A stretch of DNA of 64,000 bases, taken from Bacteroidota bacterium. Lineage in GTDB: Bacteria > Bacteroidota > Bacteroidia > NS11-12g > UBA9320. The stretch spans positions 205,126 through 269,125 of the forward strand of contig NVWV01000005.1 in assembly GCA_002746305.1 (NCBI GenBank), given 5' to 3'. The position numbers were made by a program, and so were the translations under genes. The notes under the pieces were generated by a model, which was given only the letters and a program-made list of their open reading frames with translations, made no database searches and was not told the DNA's origin. Positions 38,805 to 47,995 of this stretch are shown here, piece by piece; position 1 is the first letter of the stretch; each line of letters opens with the position of its first letter.

Positions 38805-39535
38805 AGTGGTTGGTTTACATATCATCTTTATTGCTTGTACTAGGATGTGGAGAGAATAGGAATGATGACTGCATAACATCTTTGGGAAACGATGGCAGCA
38901 ATACACGTCTGGTAGATAAATTTACTAAAATTTATGTAGAAGATAGAATTAAACTGCTACTGGTTCAAGATAGTGCGAATGCTGGAATTATAGAATTAAG
39001 GGGTCCTGAAAATTTATTGGAACAGGTAACTACAATAGTTGAGGATGGTGAGTTAAAACTAAAGAATCGGAATACGTGTAATTTTGTTAGGAGCTTTAAT
39101 TACGAACTAGCAGTAAAAGTATACTTTGCTGATTTGGATAAACTAACGGTGGAGTCCATTGCTGAAGTAAAAAGTCAAGACACTATAAAAATAGATAGAC
39201 TTGAAATATACCACAATGCCTTGTCGGATATTAGCTTATCACTATTTGGAAATGAAGTGTTCGTACAATCTAAGAATTCGGCTCAAACCACATTAAATGG
39301 TGTTGTGAGGGTCTTAAAAGGGACTATTGAGGAAATATCTAATCTAGATGCGTATAGCTTGCGATGTGAAGAGGTATTGCTGGATAGTCATACTCCATTG
39401 GCTTGTGAAGTGAATGCAACGAATGGTCTGTATATCAAGATCTATAACTCTGGTGATGTTTTATATAAGGATGAGCCTAGTGATTATAAGATACTTGAAG
39501 TAAACACTGGAAGTGGAAAGTTGAAAAAAAAATAA
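38801..39535 (+). CDS. DUF2807-like (GIN domain, adhesin-head-like beta-solenoid) lipoprotein
   Basis: Lipobox LLVLGCG. A repeated short beta-strand pattern (IELRGPENLL…VEDGELKLKN…, LTVESIAEV…IKIDRLEI) is typical of DUF2807 proteins. Confidence 0.35.
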   Translation: MKWLVYISSLLLVLGCGENRNDDCITSLGNDGSNTRLVDKFTKIYVEDRIKLLLVQDSANAGIIELRGPENLLEQVTTIVEDGELKLKNRNTCNFVRSFNYELAVKVYFADLDKLTVESIAEVKSQDTIKIDRLEIYHNALSDISLSLFGNEVFVQSKNSAQTTLNGVVRVLKGTIEEISNLDAYSLRCEEVLLDSHTPLACEVNATNGLYIKIYNSGDVLYKDEPSDYKILEVNTGSGKLKKK

Positions 39536-39587
39536 AGGACCTAAGATAAGGCCCTCTATTCTAACTAACCAATTATGAAAAACTAAC

Positions 39588-40007
39588 TTACTTTATTCTA
39601 ATTTCTTTTGGTTTAACCTCTTCCTGTTTTGCAATGGTGATGTTAAGAATACCATTCTCGTAGCTGGCCACTATGCCATCATGGGTCGCATTTTTTGGGA
39701 GTCTTACAGATCGACTGAAATTACCATAGTTAAATTCGTTTATCAATCTCTTTCCGGCTGTTTCAACAATTTTCCGTTCTCCTGTTATTCTCAATAAGTT
39801 CCCTTCTTGTTTTATAGATATCTCTTCTTTTTTGATACCAGGAAGAGCCAAGTTGAGTTGATAGTCTATATCATTTTCAATAAGTTCCAGTCTTGGTCTA
39901 AAGGAAGTTGGATTGGCACCTTCCTCTTTAAAAATGTCATTTACAATGCTTCCAAAGTTGCTTACGAGCATATCTGATAATAGTGTTGGATGTGTTTTAA
40001 CGTTCAT
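39588..40007 (-). CDS. Small heat-shock protein (Hsp20/alpha-crystallin family)
   Basis: The alpha-crystallin domain pattern is YQLNLALPGIKKEEISIKQEGNLLRITGER…FSRSVRLP…ASYENGILNITI. The probable start is MNVKTHP at 40007 rather than the upstream track start. Confidence 0.7.
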   Translation of the reverse strand: MNVKTHPTLLSDMLVSNFGSIVNDIFKEEGANPTSFRPRLELIENDIDYQLNLALPGIKKEEISIKQEGNLLRITGERKIVETAGKRLINEFNYGNFSRSVRLPKNATHDGIVASYENGILNITIAKQEEVKPKEIRIK

Positions 40008-40113
40008 AATAATTTTCTTTGGAATATGAAGGTCAATTCTTATTCCTAAGCGGAATAAACGCCATATTGGCACGTATTAATTTTTTGCATGATAAAATGC
40101 CGACATATTGGCG

Positions 40114-40773
40114 TTATTTTGCAATTATTATCTGATTTAAGTCTTGGAAACTGGCAGAGGATACGTTTTTATAGTGCCTGCTCAATTTTAGAATTAATTC
40201 CGAAATATTTTTATGGTCTAGTTCAGTTCTTTTGATTGTATTGAAGACAAGAATTGTATTTGTATTGGAAATGCTTTTTAAGCTAGAAATGAATGGTTTT
40301 GTAAAGATAAAATCTACGTTATCTAGTTCCTTAAAAAGATCAATAAATATTAAGTCGTATTGGTCCTTACACTGGTTTAGAAAGTCGAAAGCATCAATAG
40401 CAATAAGTTCGGGCTTAAGTGAATAATTGGGTTCAAAATGTTTTTTGAATAGTGAGATGATTATGGGGTCGTATTCAATTCCAGTAATTTCCCCGTTATA
40501 GGAATGTTTTTTTTCTAATAAATGGAGTATGCTTCCACAGCCAAAACCGAGTATTAGTGTATTTTGTACAGAAGAAATATCCTTTTCAATTAGACCAATT
40601 GCTTTTTCAAAAACACCATAACCATTGCCGAAGGAGAAATTTGCATCCTTTGTATTGAGCATTTTTTTTCCTTGACTCCAGACAACTTCCAAGTAGTCAT
40701 TATGCTCAGATGAGGTTTTTTCTATGGGGATGTCCCATAGAAAGGAAGCTATTTTTATAAGTATTTCTTTCAT
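40114..40773 (-). CDS. Spermidine-synthase-like (class I SAM-dependent methyltransferase/aminopropyltransferase fold) protein
   Basis: LILGFGCGSILHLL is the Gly-rich SAM loop. GIEYDPIII resembles the acidic loop, and DLIFIDLF resembles the third PABS-like motif. Confidence 0.35.
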   Translation of the reverse strand: MKEILIKIASFLWDIPIEKTSSEHNDYLEVVWSQGKKMLNTKDANFSFGNGYGVFEKAIGLIEKDISSVQNTLILGFGCGSILHLLEKKHSYNGEITGIEYDPIIISLFKKHFEPNYSLKPELIAIDAFDFLNQCKDQYDLIFIDLFKELDNVDFIFTKPFISSLKSISNTNTILVFNTIKRTELDHKNISELILKLSRHYKNVSSASFQDLNQIIIAK

Positions 40774-40829
40774 AAAAAAAGCCCTCTACAAATGGTAGAA
40801 GGCTTAGGATTATTTTTTGTGATTACAAC

Positions 40830-43541
40830 TTAATGTTGAACTATTATTTTAGAAACAGCCTTTGTACCATCACCAATAACTTCCACGAAGTAATTTCCGT
40901 TGTTAAATCTATCTGTAGCAATTTTAATTAAGCCAATGTTAGTACCCTCTTGAGAGTGAATTATCTGACCATTTATACCATAGACTTTTAGCATATATTT
41001 ACCTTTTACGTCGGTATCAATATTTACAAAGTTGTTAGCTGGGTTAGGATATGCACTGATATAAACTGTAGTTTCATTCTTTGTGAGTTTTGGTACACCA
41101 GTTAATAAAGACTTGCTTTCCCAAACACCCATTCCGTGAGTACCAGCATATATTCTTGGACCACTCCACGTCTTATTTTCAACCTGAGTAATATCAAATA
41201 CGGGTACTCGTGGCATTGGTCTATCTGTATCAATGCCGTCTAGAGCTTCTCCCCATGTAGGGTTAGTGCTTGTTCCATTATTGGTAGCCCATACGCCAAA
41301 CTCTGTTCCTAGTATTATAATATCTGGATCATCAACACTAATTAAAGCATGATAAACAGGAAAATCAGGAAGTGTTCCGTGTATACTATTCCATGTAGGG
41401 CTTGCCACTAAGGCGTCATTAGTTGTATAAACATAATTAGTATTTCCATAGTTACCCAAGGAGATAACAAGTCTACTTGCATTTGACTCGTCTATTGCAA
41501 TAGAGGTAACCACTCGGCCACTTATACTCATATTACCTGTGATATTTGTTTGATTTAAGTTGGCAGCAATTTGATTGTAGGCAGGTAAGGAAATAGTATC
41601 AAATTGAGTGGTTAATAAGCTGTCAATTCTATAAACTCGACCACTATTCGTTCCTATGAATAGTGAACTACCGTCAACAGTAGTTTCAATATAGTGAACA
41701 TTGGTTAAACTAGAAATTCTAAACCATCGAATTGAACCATCCTTGTTTACGTTAGGTTCGAATGGAGCAGAAAGTGCATTTTGACACATCCAAATACCAT
41801 CATCCATGGCATAGTATAATCTAGAATCAATTAAAGTATCTTCTCCTTCTACTGGTCCTCTTAGCTTAACAGAATCTACAATCAAAGGATCTTCCCATAG
41901 GCAAAGAGGGTTGTTAAAATAGCCAGTTGGCCTAGAATTAGATTGAAACGAAGCTGTTATTCTATTGTCCCATATACTGCCCATACTTGAGCCACTAGTA
42001 ACAGATCTTCTTAAGTTACCATATTGACTTTCTCCAAATAAGATGTCAGTATTAAACTCAGAAAATGCACATTCAAAACCATCTCCTCCTAAAATATCAA
42101 TACCAGGATTTCTTGGATAAGATTCGCCAGTTATGAGAATTGTATTATTATCTTGAGTACCTCCAATAATTCTGCCATTAAGATCGGCATCTACTGCGAA
42201 AAATTGAGTGCTAATAAGGCCAGTACTTAAATCTTTATATCTAGACAAATCTTCATCGGTAGTTCTTGCAACTCCCCCATCAGAACACACATACATTATT
42301 GGATCAGTGCCACTGTTATCAAATGTAATGTAATGTTTATCAGAATGTAGTCCGAATGGATTCTGAGGAGAATTGAATGTATTTCCAACCATTCTAGGTC
42401 CATTTTCAAGTGTCCATTCTGCAAATCCAACTCCACCAATGAATACTCTATTTTCATTTCTTGGGTGAACAGCAATTGCCATATCATATTCTCCTTGACC
42501 TTGGATTCCTATATTGGTAAAGGGTGCGAAGAACTGGCTAATTTGTCCTACTTCTTTAATAAATGTAATTCCGGCATCGTCCGATTTATATAAGCCAGTT
42601 AAAGATCCAGAGTAGGCTTGACCATCTAGACTGGCACTACCGACAGTTACAATATAGCAGAAGTTTGGGTCTGATTCAGACCATGCAGTTGCAGCTCTTG
42701 AGCTCGTTGGTATATCCGTTACTCTTTCGTAAGAAGTACTGGTTGTTGGGTCAGTAGATCGATATACGCTATTTCCGACATAAGCCATTACTGTACCTGT
42801 CTTGCTAATTGCAATATCTCTACAACTACCACCTCTTAATACTGTCCAAGAGTCTCCTCCATCATCTGAATATCTAAGTCCTGTTGTAGATCCTGCAAAA
42901 AGAATGTTTTGTGAAGGATGAGCTCTAAGTACTAGGATATTTCCAAATGAGGCTGTACCAGCTACTGAAGTAAAAGTCTCCCCATCTGTAGATTTATATA
43001 TTCCCATTCCGTCGAAACCACTGTTCTCTCTACCACTAGAGTTAATAAGCAAAAGGCCATTCTCACCCGTTCCGTAATAAAGATCTCCATCTGTGGTTTG
43101 GGCCATACTAACTACACCGAAATTGTCATCCCCTAAGTTTATTGGATACCAACTTCCTCCGCCGTTTTCAGACTTAAATACCGAGCCTGAAACACCCCCA
43201 GTGTATAGAAGTGAAGGGTTATCTTTATCAATTACTAAACATCTAGTTCTACCACCAACGTTATCAGGGCCTCTAAATTCCCAATTGATTGGCCAGTTAG
43301 CTTTAAACTTGTTATTGCTTTGACCTTTAATTTGGGCTACTGCATTTACAACATCATCATGTGCAATAACGCCAGTGATTTGGTTTGCTTTTAATGACTG
43401 TAAGTAGTCTGCATAACCGTTAATGGCCTGAGTCAGCTTTACTCTAGGTGAGTATGACTTATCATTATGCGATAGATTAAGAACTATGGTTCCTGTGATC
43501 AGGCACAATGTAAAAATGGATAGTAATGTCTTTTTATTCAT
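40830..43541 (-). CDS. Large secreted BNR/Asp-box repeat (sortilin/Vps10-like or glycosidase-like beta-propeller) protein with T9SS C-terminal sorting domain
   Basis: There are multiple S-x-D-x-G-x-T/S-W/F Asp-box repeats (SENGGGSWY, SDDGGDSWT, SDDAGITF, STDGETFT). A signal peptide is present. The C-terminus (…YPNPANNFVNIDTD…GNYFVEVIGDG…) is a T9SS CTD. Confidence 0.55.
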   Translation of the reverse strand: MNKKTLLSIFTLCLITGTIVLNLSHNDKSYSPRVKLTQAINGYADYLQSLKANQITGVIAHDDVVNAVAQIKGQSNNKFKANWPINWEFRGPDNVGGRTRCLVIDKDNPSLLYTGGVSGSVFKSENGGGSWYPINLGDDNFGVVSMAQTTDGDLYYGTGENGLLLINSSGRENSGFDGMGIYKSTDGETFTSVAGTASFGNILVLRAHPSQNILFAGSTTGLRYSDDGGDSWTVLRGGSCRDIAISKTGTVMAYVGNSVYRSTDPTTSTSYERVTDIPTSSRAATAWSESDPNFCYIVTVGSASLDGQAYSGSLTGLYKSDDAGITFIKEVGQISQFFAPFTNIGIQGQGEYDMAIAVHPRNENRVFIGGVGFAEWTLENGPRMVGNTFNSPQNPFGLHSDKHYITFDNSGTDPIMYVCSDGGVARTTDEDLSRYKDLSTGLISTQFFAVDADLNGRIIGGTQDNNTILITGESYPRNPGIDILGGDGFECAFSEFNTDILFGESQYGNLRRSVTSGSSMGSIWDNRITASFQSNSRPTGYFNNPLCLWEDPLIVDSVKLRGPVEGEDTLIDSRLYYAMDDGIWMCQNALSAPFEPNVNKDGSIRWFRISSLTNVHYIETTVDGSSLFIGTNSGRVYRIDSLLTTQFDTISLPAYNQIAANLNQTNITGNMSISGRVVTSIAIDESNASRLVISLGNYGNTNYVYTTNDALVASPTWNSIHGTLPDFPVYHALISVDDPDIIILGTEFGVWATNNGTSTNPTWGEALDGIDTDRPMPRVPVFDITQVENKTWSGPRIYAGTHGMGVWESKSLLTGVPKLTKNETTVYISAYPNPANNFVNIDTDVKGKYMLKVYGINGQIIHSQEGTNIGLIKIATDRFNNGNYFVEVIGDGTKAVSKIIVQH

Positions 43542-43653
43542 ATTAACCGTATAATTTTAAAAGATTGAACACACAAATTTAGTTTTTGATTTTACACTAT
43601 CAAGTATAAGTTAAGCAAGAAGCAGTTTTGATTAACAAACGTTTAGACTGGTC

Positions 43654-44400
43654 TCAATATCTGCCAATGGAATATGCAGTATATATTGATGTAAATACCT
43701 TTTGATTAGAGTTATATAAGATTTTGAAGTCCTTAGGAAAGTAGTCAATACGGATACCACTCTTCCATTCTTTAAAATGAAAGGAATTATTCCAGTTAAC
43801 TGTGAAATGGGCGTCAAAATTTAAACCCAATTTTGGTTCAATTTCAGAGAACCCTCTGGTCCAACTAGCTGGTCCATATATATAATCCTGATTTTCGTTT
43901 GTATATTCATTTTGTTGAATCAATTGTGGTTGATCAACCAAAGACTCAGGGTCTTGAAAACCAATGTAATAGGGTTTCAAAATACCTAGAGTTGGTCCTG
44001 CTGAGAACCCATAGGATAATTTTGGCAAGCTCAGTTTAGAAGCTCCTATATTCTTGTTAAATCCGTAGTTAAACCGGATAGTTCCTGCAGAATTTAACTT
44101 GCCAAATACATATGGCTTTGGATTACTCCGATTTGGATTTTGAACTTTTGTTTCATTAGGATGTGAAAAAGTGCTTATTGAGATTCTGAACTTAGAGAAG
44201 TCGCTTTTTAAAATTGCCTTTGTACCAAATGCTAGGTCTAACCCAACTCCATTTGTACTAATTTGACCTCCAATGGAATAATTATTCAGGACCTTGTTTT
44301 GTGCCATTGTACTGATTTGAAGAAATACTAATATAATCAAGAAGCTAAAGCACATAAAGTCTTTAAAATCTCTATTTTCTGTATTAATACCTCTCTTCAC
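43654..44400 (-). CDS. Hypothetical outer-membrane protein
   Basis: A hydrophobic signal segment (FLIILVFLQISTMAQN) and an aromatic C-terminus (…YSIGRY). The start codon is uncertain (alternative Met at MCFSF…). Confidence 0.35.
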   Translation of the reverse strand: MKRGINTENRDFKDFMCFSFLIILVFLQISTMAQNKVLNNYSIGGQISTNGVGLDLAFGTKAILKSDFSKFRISISTFSHPNETKVQNPNRSNPKPYVFGKLNSAGTIRFNYGFNKNIGASKLSLPKLSYGFSAGPTLGILKPYYIGFQDPESLVDQPQLIQQNEYTNENQDYIYGPASWTRGFSEIEPKLGLNFDAHFTVNWNNSFHFKEWKSGIRIDYFPKDFKILYNSNQKVFTSIYTAYSIGRY

Positions 44401-44451
44401 ATCGTAAAAATAGTAAATAATTATATTATTTGCTTTAACTAAAGTGAAAAT

Positions 44452-44853
44452 ATGACATCAAAGGTAATTTACGAAGGAAATTTAAGAGTGGTTTGTGAGC
44501 ATGTTAAATCAGGGTCTCAGATTGTTACGGATGCTCCTACTGATAATAATGGGAAGGGCGAGCGATTTTCTCCAACTGATCTAGTCGCTACTGCATTGGC
44601 TTCTTGTATGATAACTGTAATGGGTATCAAGGCAAATGAGTCAGGGATTCCTTTTAGTATGGTTAGTGCTGAAATAATCAAAGTAATGGCAGCAGGTCCT
44701 AGAAGGATTACAGAAGTTAAAATTCTTATAGAGGTTGCAGATAAATGGAATGAAAAGCAGCGAGAATTAATGGAGAATACAGGTCGTAGTTGTCCAGTTG
44801 CTAAGAGCTTACATTCAGATTTAATACAAAATATTTCGTTTGTCTATAAATGA
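44452..44853 (+). CDS. OsmC/Ohr-family peroxiredoxin-like protein
   Basis: GERFSPTDLVATALASCMITVMGI contains the conserved OsmC Cys region, and a second Cys is present in …GRSCPVAKSL. Length is 133 aa. Confidence 0.65.
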   Translation: MTSKVIYEGNLRVVCEHVKSGSQIVTDAPTDNNGKGERFSPTDLVATALASCMITVMGIKANESGIPFSMVSAEIIKVMAAGPRRITEVKILIEVADKWNEKQRELMENTGRSCPVAKSLHSDLIQNISFVYK

Positions 44854-45164
44854 GATAGGATAACGGAAGGACGAATATTCATGTGAGATGCGGTATGCAC
44901 GACCTTGCCATTTTTTAGTACGATTACTTGAGGGGATTCATGTGGAACATCTAGTTCCTCTGCAATCTGTAAGGATATAGACCTATTTGCAACTACGTCA
45001 ATGAGAGTGAATTTAGCAGAAGAGTTGAGCTCTTGTCGAGCATCTTTAATTCTTCTAAAAGCTATATCACTTATAGAACACCGATTGCTATGTTTGAAAA
45101 TAATAACAGGTGAATCACTGCTCAGCAAGGAGGCTATATCTATTGATGTAGAATACTCCCACAT
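44844..45164 (-). CDS. ytxJ: YtxJ-family (DUF2847) thioredoxin-like monothiol protein associated with bacillithiol systems
   Basis: VIIFKHSNRCSISDIAF matches the conserved K-H-S-x-x-C-S-I-S motif of YtxJ. Length is 106 aa. Its 3' end overlaps the convergent osmC-like gene by 10 nt. Confidence 0.6.
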   Translation of the reverse strand: MWEYSTSIDIASLLSSDSPVIIFKHSNRCSISDIAFRRIKDARQELNSSAKFTLIDVVANRSISLQIAEELDVPHESPQVIVLKNGKVVHTASHMNIRPSVILSHL

Positions 45165-45168
45165 AAAA

Positions 45169-45303
45169 TTAACCGATGTTGTTTACCTGTACAGTGGATA
45201 CATAGCCAACTCCTGGGCAGGCATCTCTAGATCTACAAGAAGAGAATAATGCAGAGATGAATAGAGCAATAGCAAATATGGATAAGATTTTTTTTACGTT
45301 CAT
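45169..45303 (-). CDS. Unlisted 44-aa small lipoprotein-like ORF (MNVKKILSIFAIALFISALFSSCRSRDACPGVGYVSTVQVNNIG), immediately upstream of ytxJ
   Basis: Found by manual translation. ATG at 45303, TAA at 45169-45171. It has a signal peptide plus an FSSC lipobox-like site and two further Cys. Only 4 nt separate it from the ytxJ start. It falls below the 60-aa cutoff of the track. Confidence 0.3.
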   Translation of the reverse strand: MNVKKILSIFAIALFISALFSSCRSRDACPGVGYVSTVQVNNIG

Positions 45304-45360
45304 GATTGTAATTTAATATTGTGATACTTATTTAATTTAACGATAAATATCACTTTAATA

Positions 45361-46551
45361 GTGCAAAGTAAAGACATTATAGATGTATTAGAAAGTAAAG
45401 AAGCGGTAAGCTTTATACGTGCTCATATCAATGATAACGTTAGTAAGCTGTCACTTAGGTTCTCTGGCAATGTAAATTTTAATATTACTGTATGCTTACA
45501 ATTGATGTCACTTTATAAAAAGGTTCAAAAGAAGATTCCTTTTTTTTATGATAATCTTTTGGCGTTGGATCAACGTTCATATGAACAATGCACTTCTTCT
45601 GAAGTTGCGAAGTATAAAAGTAGTTTCATTAGTGGTTCAAGCATTTTAGATATAACAGGTGGTTTAGGTATTGATAGTATTTTTTTGGCAAATGGATTTA
45701 GTGATACTACAGTGGTAGAACGAAATAAGGAGCTTCATGATTTAGCTTGTTATAATGTAAAAAAGCTTGGTTTTACTACAATACATAGAGTCCACGGCAA
45801 TGGATTGGATTACCTAAACGATTATTATGATTGGATTTATATAGATCCCGATAGAAGAAAGGAGTCAAAAAGAAATGTAGTACTGGAAAATTTGGAACCC
45901 AATATACTTGAGTTGATTCCAAAATTAAGAAAGGCCTGTAATTTTACCTATCTTAAACTGTCCCCTTTATATGATTTGTCAGAGGTCTGGAGATGCTTTG
46001 AGGATGTTAAAGAAATTCATATAGTAGCAGAGAAGGGAGAGATTAAGGAGGTTGGTGTTTTGCTAGATTTTAAGAATAAATGGTTGAATCCCTCCATTAT
46101 TTTAAAAGAGGTTACCACGAACTTTCTAGAAGTTATTTCAAGGAGCAATTGTGATTCGAAATTGTTAGAATATTATGATTCAGATGACACTCGGAATGTA
46201 TTAATTCCAACAGCATTGATTGCAAAAAGTAGATCTGAGAAATATTTCTTGAGAGCTATTAACGTCAAAAAACACTATGCTTTTAATCTTTACTTTAGCA
46301 ATGAAGATGAAGTTAAAGGGTTTAGAAGTTTTCGGATTCTTGAACGAACCACTAATTTGTCAGTGAAAAGAATCAAGGAGATTCTTCGGGTCAAGGGCAT
46401 TTCACAAGTAAACCTAGTTGTAAAAGGTCTTAGGGATAATCCAGAAATTTGGCATAAAAAACTAAAGACTAGAGATGGAGGTTGCTACTATCTGTTTATT
46501 TTAAAATCAAAAAAGAGCGAATCTTATCTCTGTGAGTTTATTTCTTCTTAG
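45361..46551 (+). CDS. Class I SAM-dependent methyltransferase with THUMP-like N-terminal region
   Basis: LDITGGLGIDSIFLA is the SAM Gly-rich motif I. It is followed by VVERNKELHDLA (acidic motif II region) and WIYIDPDRR. Length is ~396 aa. Confidence 0.35.
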   Translation: MQSKDIIDVLESKEAVSFIRAHINDNVSKLSLRFSGNVNFNITVCLQLMSLYKKVQKKIPFFYDNLLALDQRSYEQCTSSEVAKYKSSFISGSSILDITGGLGIDSIFLANGFSDTTVVERNKELHDLACYNVKKLGFTTIHRVHGNGLDYLNDYYDWIYIDPDRRKESKRNVVLENLEPNILELIPKLRKACNFTYLKLSPLYDLSEVWRCFEDVKEIHIVAEKGEIKEVGVLLDFKNKWLNPSIILKEVTTNFLEVISRSNCDSKLLEYYDSDDTRNVLIPTALIAKSRSEKYFLRAINVKKHYAFNLYFSNEDEVKGFRSFRILERTTNLSVKRIKEILRVKGISQVNLVVKGLRDNPEIWHKKLKTRDGGCYYLFILKSKKSESYLCEFISS

Positions 46552-47281
46552 AAATAATAAATGCATTTAATGCGGCCACCATACTAGGATGTTCAGAAGT
46601 CGGAGCATAAATGGTATTGTCAAGTCCTGCTTCTTCCAAGGCTGCGTTTGTTGTTTTCCCCCAGCCGGCTATAGCCCTATCTTCTTGAATAAAATCTGGG
46701 AAGTTTGCAAATAATGAAGAAATCCCCTGCGGACTAAAGAAAACTAAGATGTCATAGTAAACACTTGCAAGATCTGATAAATCAGAATTAACAGTATTGT
46801 ACATAATAGCCTCAGTATAGGTAATATTCATCTCATTGAGATAATTTGGGATACTTTCCTTTCTGATATTAGAGCAAGGAAATAGGTAATTAAGGGCTTT
46901 GTGCTTTTTTAGCAGCTCAAAGAACGATGCTTCAGTCCCTTTGCCAACAAACATTTTACGCTTTCTAAGTTGGGTATACTTTTGAATGTATAGTGAAACA
47001 CCTTCATTTGTACAGAAATACTTCATAGTAGGAGGTATTTCTACCTTCATTTCTTCTACTATTCTAAAGAAATGGTCTATTGCATTCCGAGAATTAAAGA
47101 TGATTGCATCGTGATTGAGAATACGTAGTTTTTGTTTTCGTAATTCTCTAGCTGGTACACCAACAACTTCTATAAAAGGGTGAAAATCAACTTTTACACC
47201 GTGTTTTTCGGCAAGAGTGTCATACACCGTTTTTTTGCCACCAGGATGTGGCTGGGATATTAATATACTTTTAACGCTCAA
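46538..47281 (-). CDS. hemD: Uroporphyrinogen-III synthase
   Basis: The N-terminus ILISQPHPGGKKTVYDTLAEKHGVKVDFHPFIEVVGV…ILNHDAIIFNSRNAIDHFFR closely matches the Bacteroidota HemD family. Length is 247 aa. Confidence 0.6.
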   Translation of the reverse strand: MSVKSILISQPHPGGKKTVYDTLAEKHGVKVDFHPFIEVVGVPARELRKQKLRILNHDAIIFNSRNAIDHFFRIVEEMKVEIPPTMKYFCTNEGVSLYIQKYTQLRKRKMFVGKGTEASFFELLKKHKALNYLFPCSNIRKESIPNYLNEMNITYTEAIMYNTVNSDLSDLASVYYDILVFFSPQGISSLFANFPDFIQEDRAIAGWGKTTNAALEEAGLDNTIYAPTSEHPSMVAALNAFIISKKK

Positions 47282-47291
47282 TATTACCTCC

Positions 47292-47972
47292 TTAGCTATT
47301 TACGAAAAGCACCTTTGCCGCAACTAGTGCAGGTACTATTTCGAACGTGCAAAGGTAAACAAAAACTGTAAGGATAGGGTACTTAAAGTGATTCTGTAGC
47401 ATTAGTATGGTGCCAAAAAGCCGTAATAGAAAGTAGATTACAGCTATAATTATTATCAAAATAAAAATGTCACTATCTAGTTTTAAATAGAAAATATCGA
47501 TAATTAGTAAAATGCCGATGATCAAGGTGAGCCATTGGTTTAAACTATATTGGAAGTCGATTATTTGGTCACCTAAAACAGGGGACTTGTGTAGTGAGAA
47601 GTACAATTTATTGGCGATAAATTTGATAAAAAATAGAAGTCCAACAACGCCTAAAATGATTAGAAAATTTGAAAAATTTATCGATCCAGATTTGTACTTT
47701 TCACCTATTTGATAGGTATAAATGAGCAAAGTTATGGTGAAAAGGGTCGTCACCAAAGAGCTTATTCTAAACAGATAGTTGGACGTATGTTTCTCACTTC
47801 GCCAATTAAATCGTTGTATAGGAATGATAGAAAGTAACTTCATTGATTGAAACCACTTATTATTGGCCGTATAGAGAAATGCTACTAAAATTAATAGAAA
47901 GAGCACTACAGCCTTAATTATTAAAGGTGTTTCATTCCTAAGGATTAAATCAAATAAAACGTGCAAAATCAC
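47292..47972 (-). CDS. DUF4271-like polytopic membrane protein
   Basis: About six TM helices, 226 aa. Its position directly upstream of hemD matches the conserved DUF4271-HemD pairing in Bacteroidota (from memory of the family, not searched). Confidence 0.4.
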   Translation of the reverse strand: MILHVLFDLILRNETPLIIKAVVLFLLILVAFLYTANNKWFQSMKLLSIIPIQRFNWRSEKHTSNYLFRISSLVTTLFTITLLIYTYQIGEKYKSGSINFSNFLIILGVVGLLFFIKFIANKLYFSLHKSPVLGDQIIDFQYSLNQWLTLIIGILLIIDIFYLKLDSDIFILIIIIAVIYFLLRLFGTILMLQNHFKYPILTVFVYLCTFEIVPALVAAKVLFVNS

Positions 47973-47995
47973 TTGTGCAAAGGTTGTCTTTTTAA

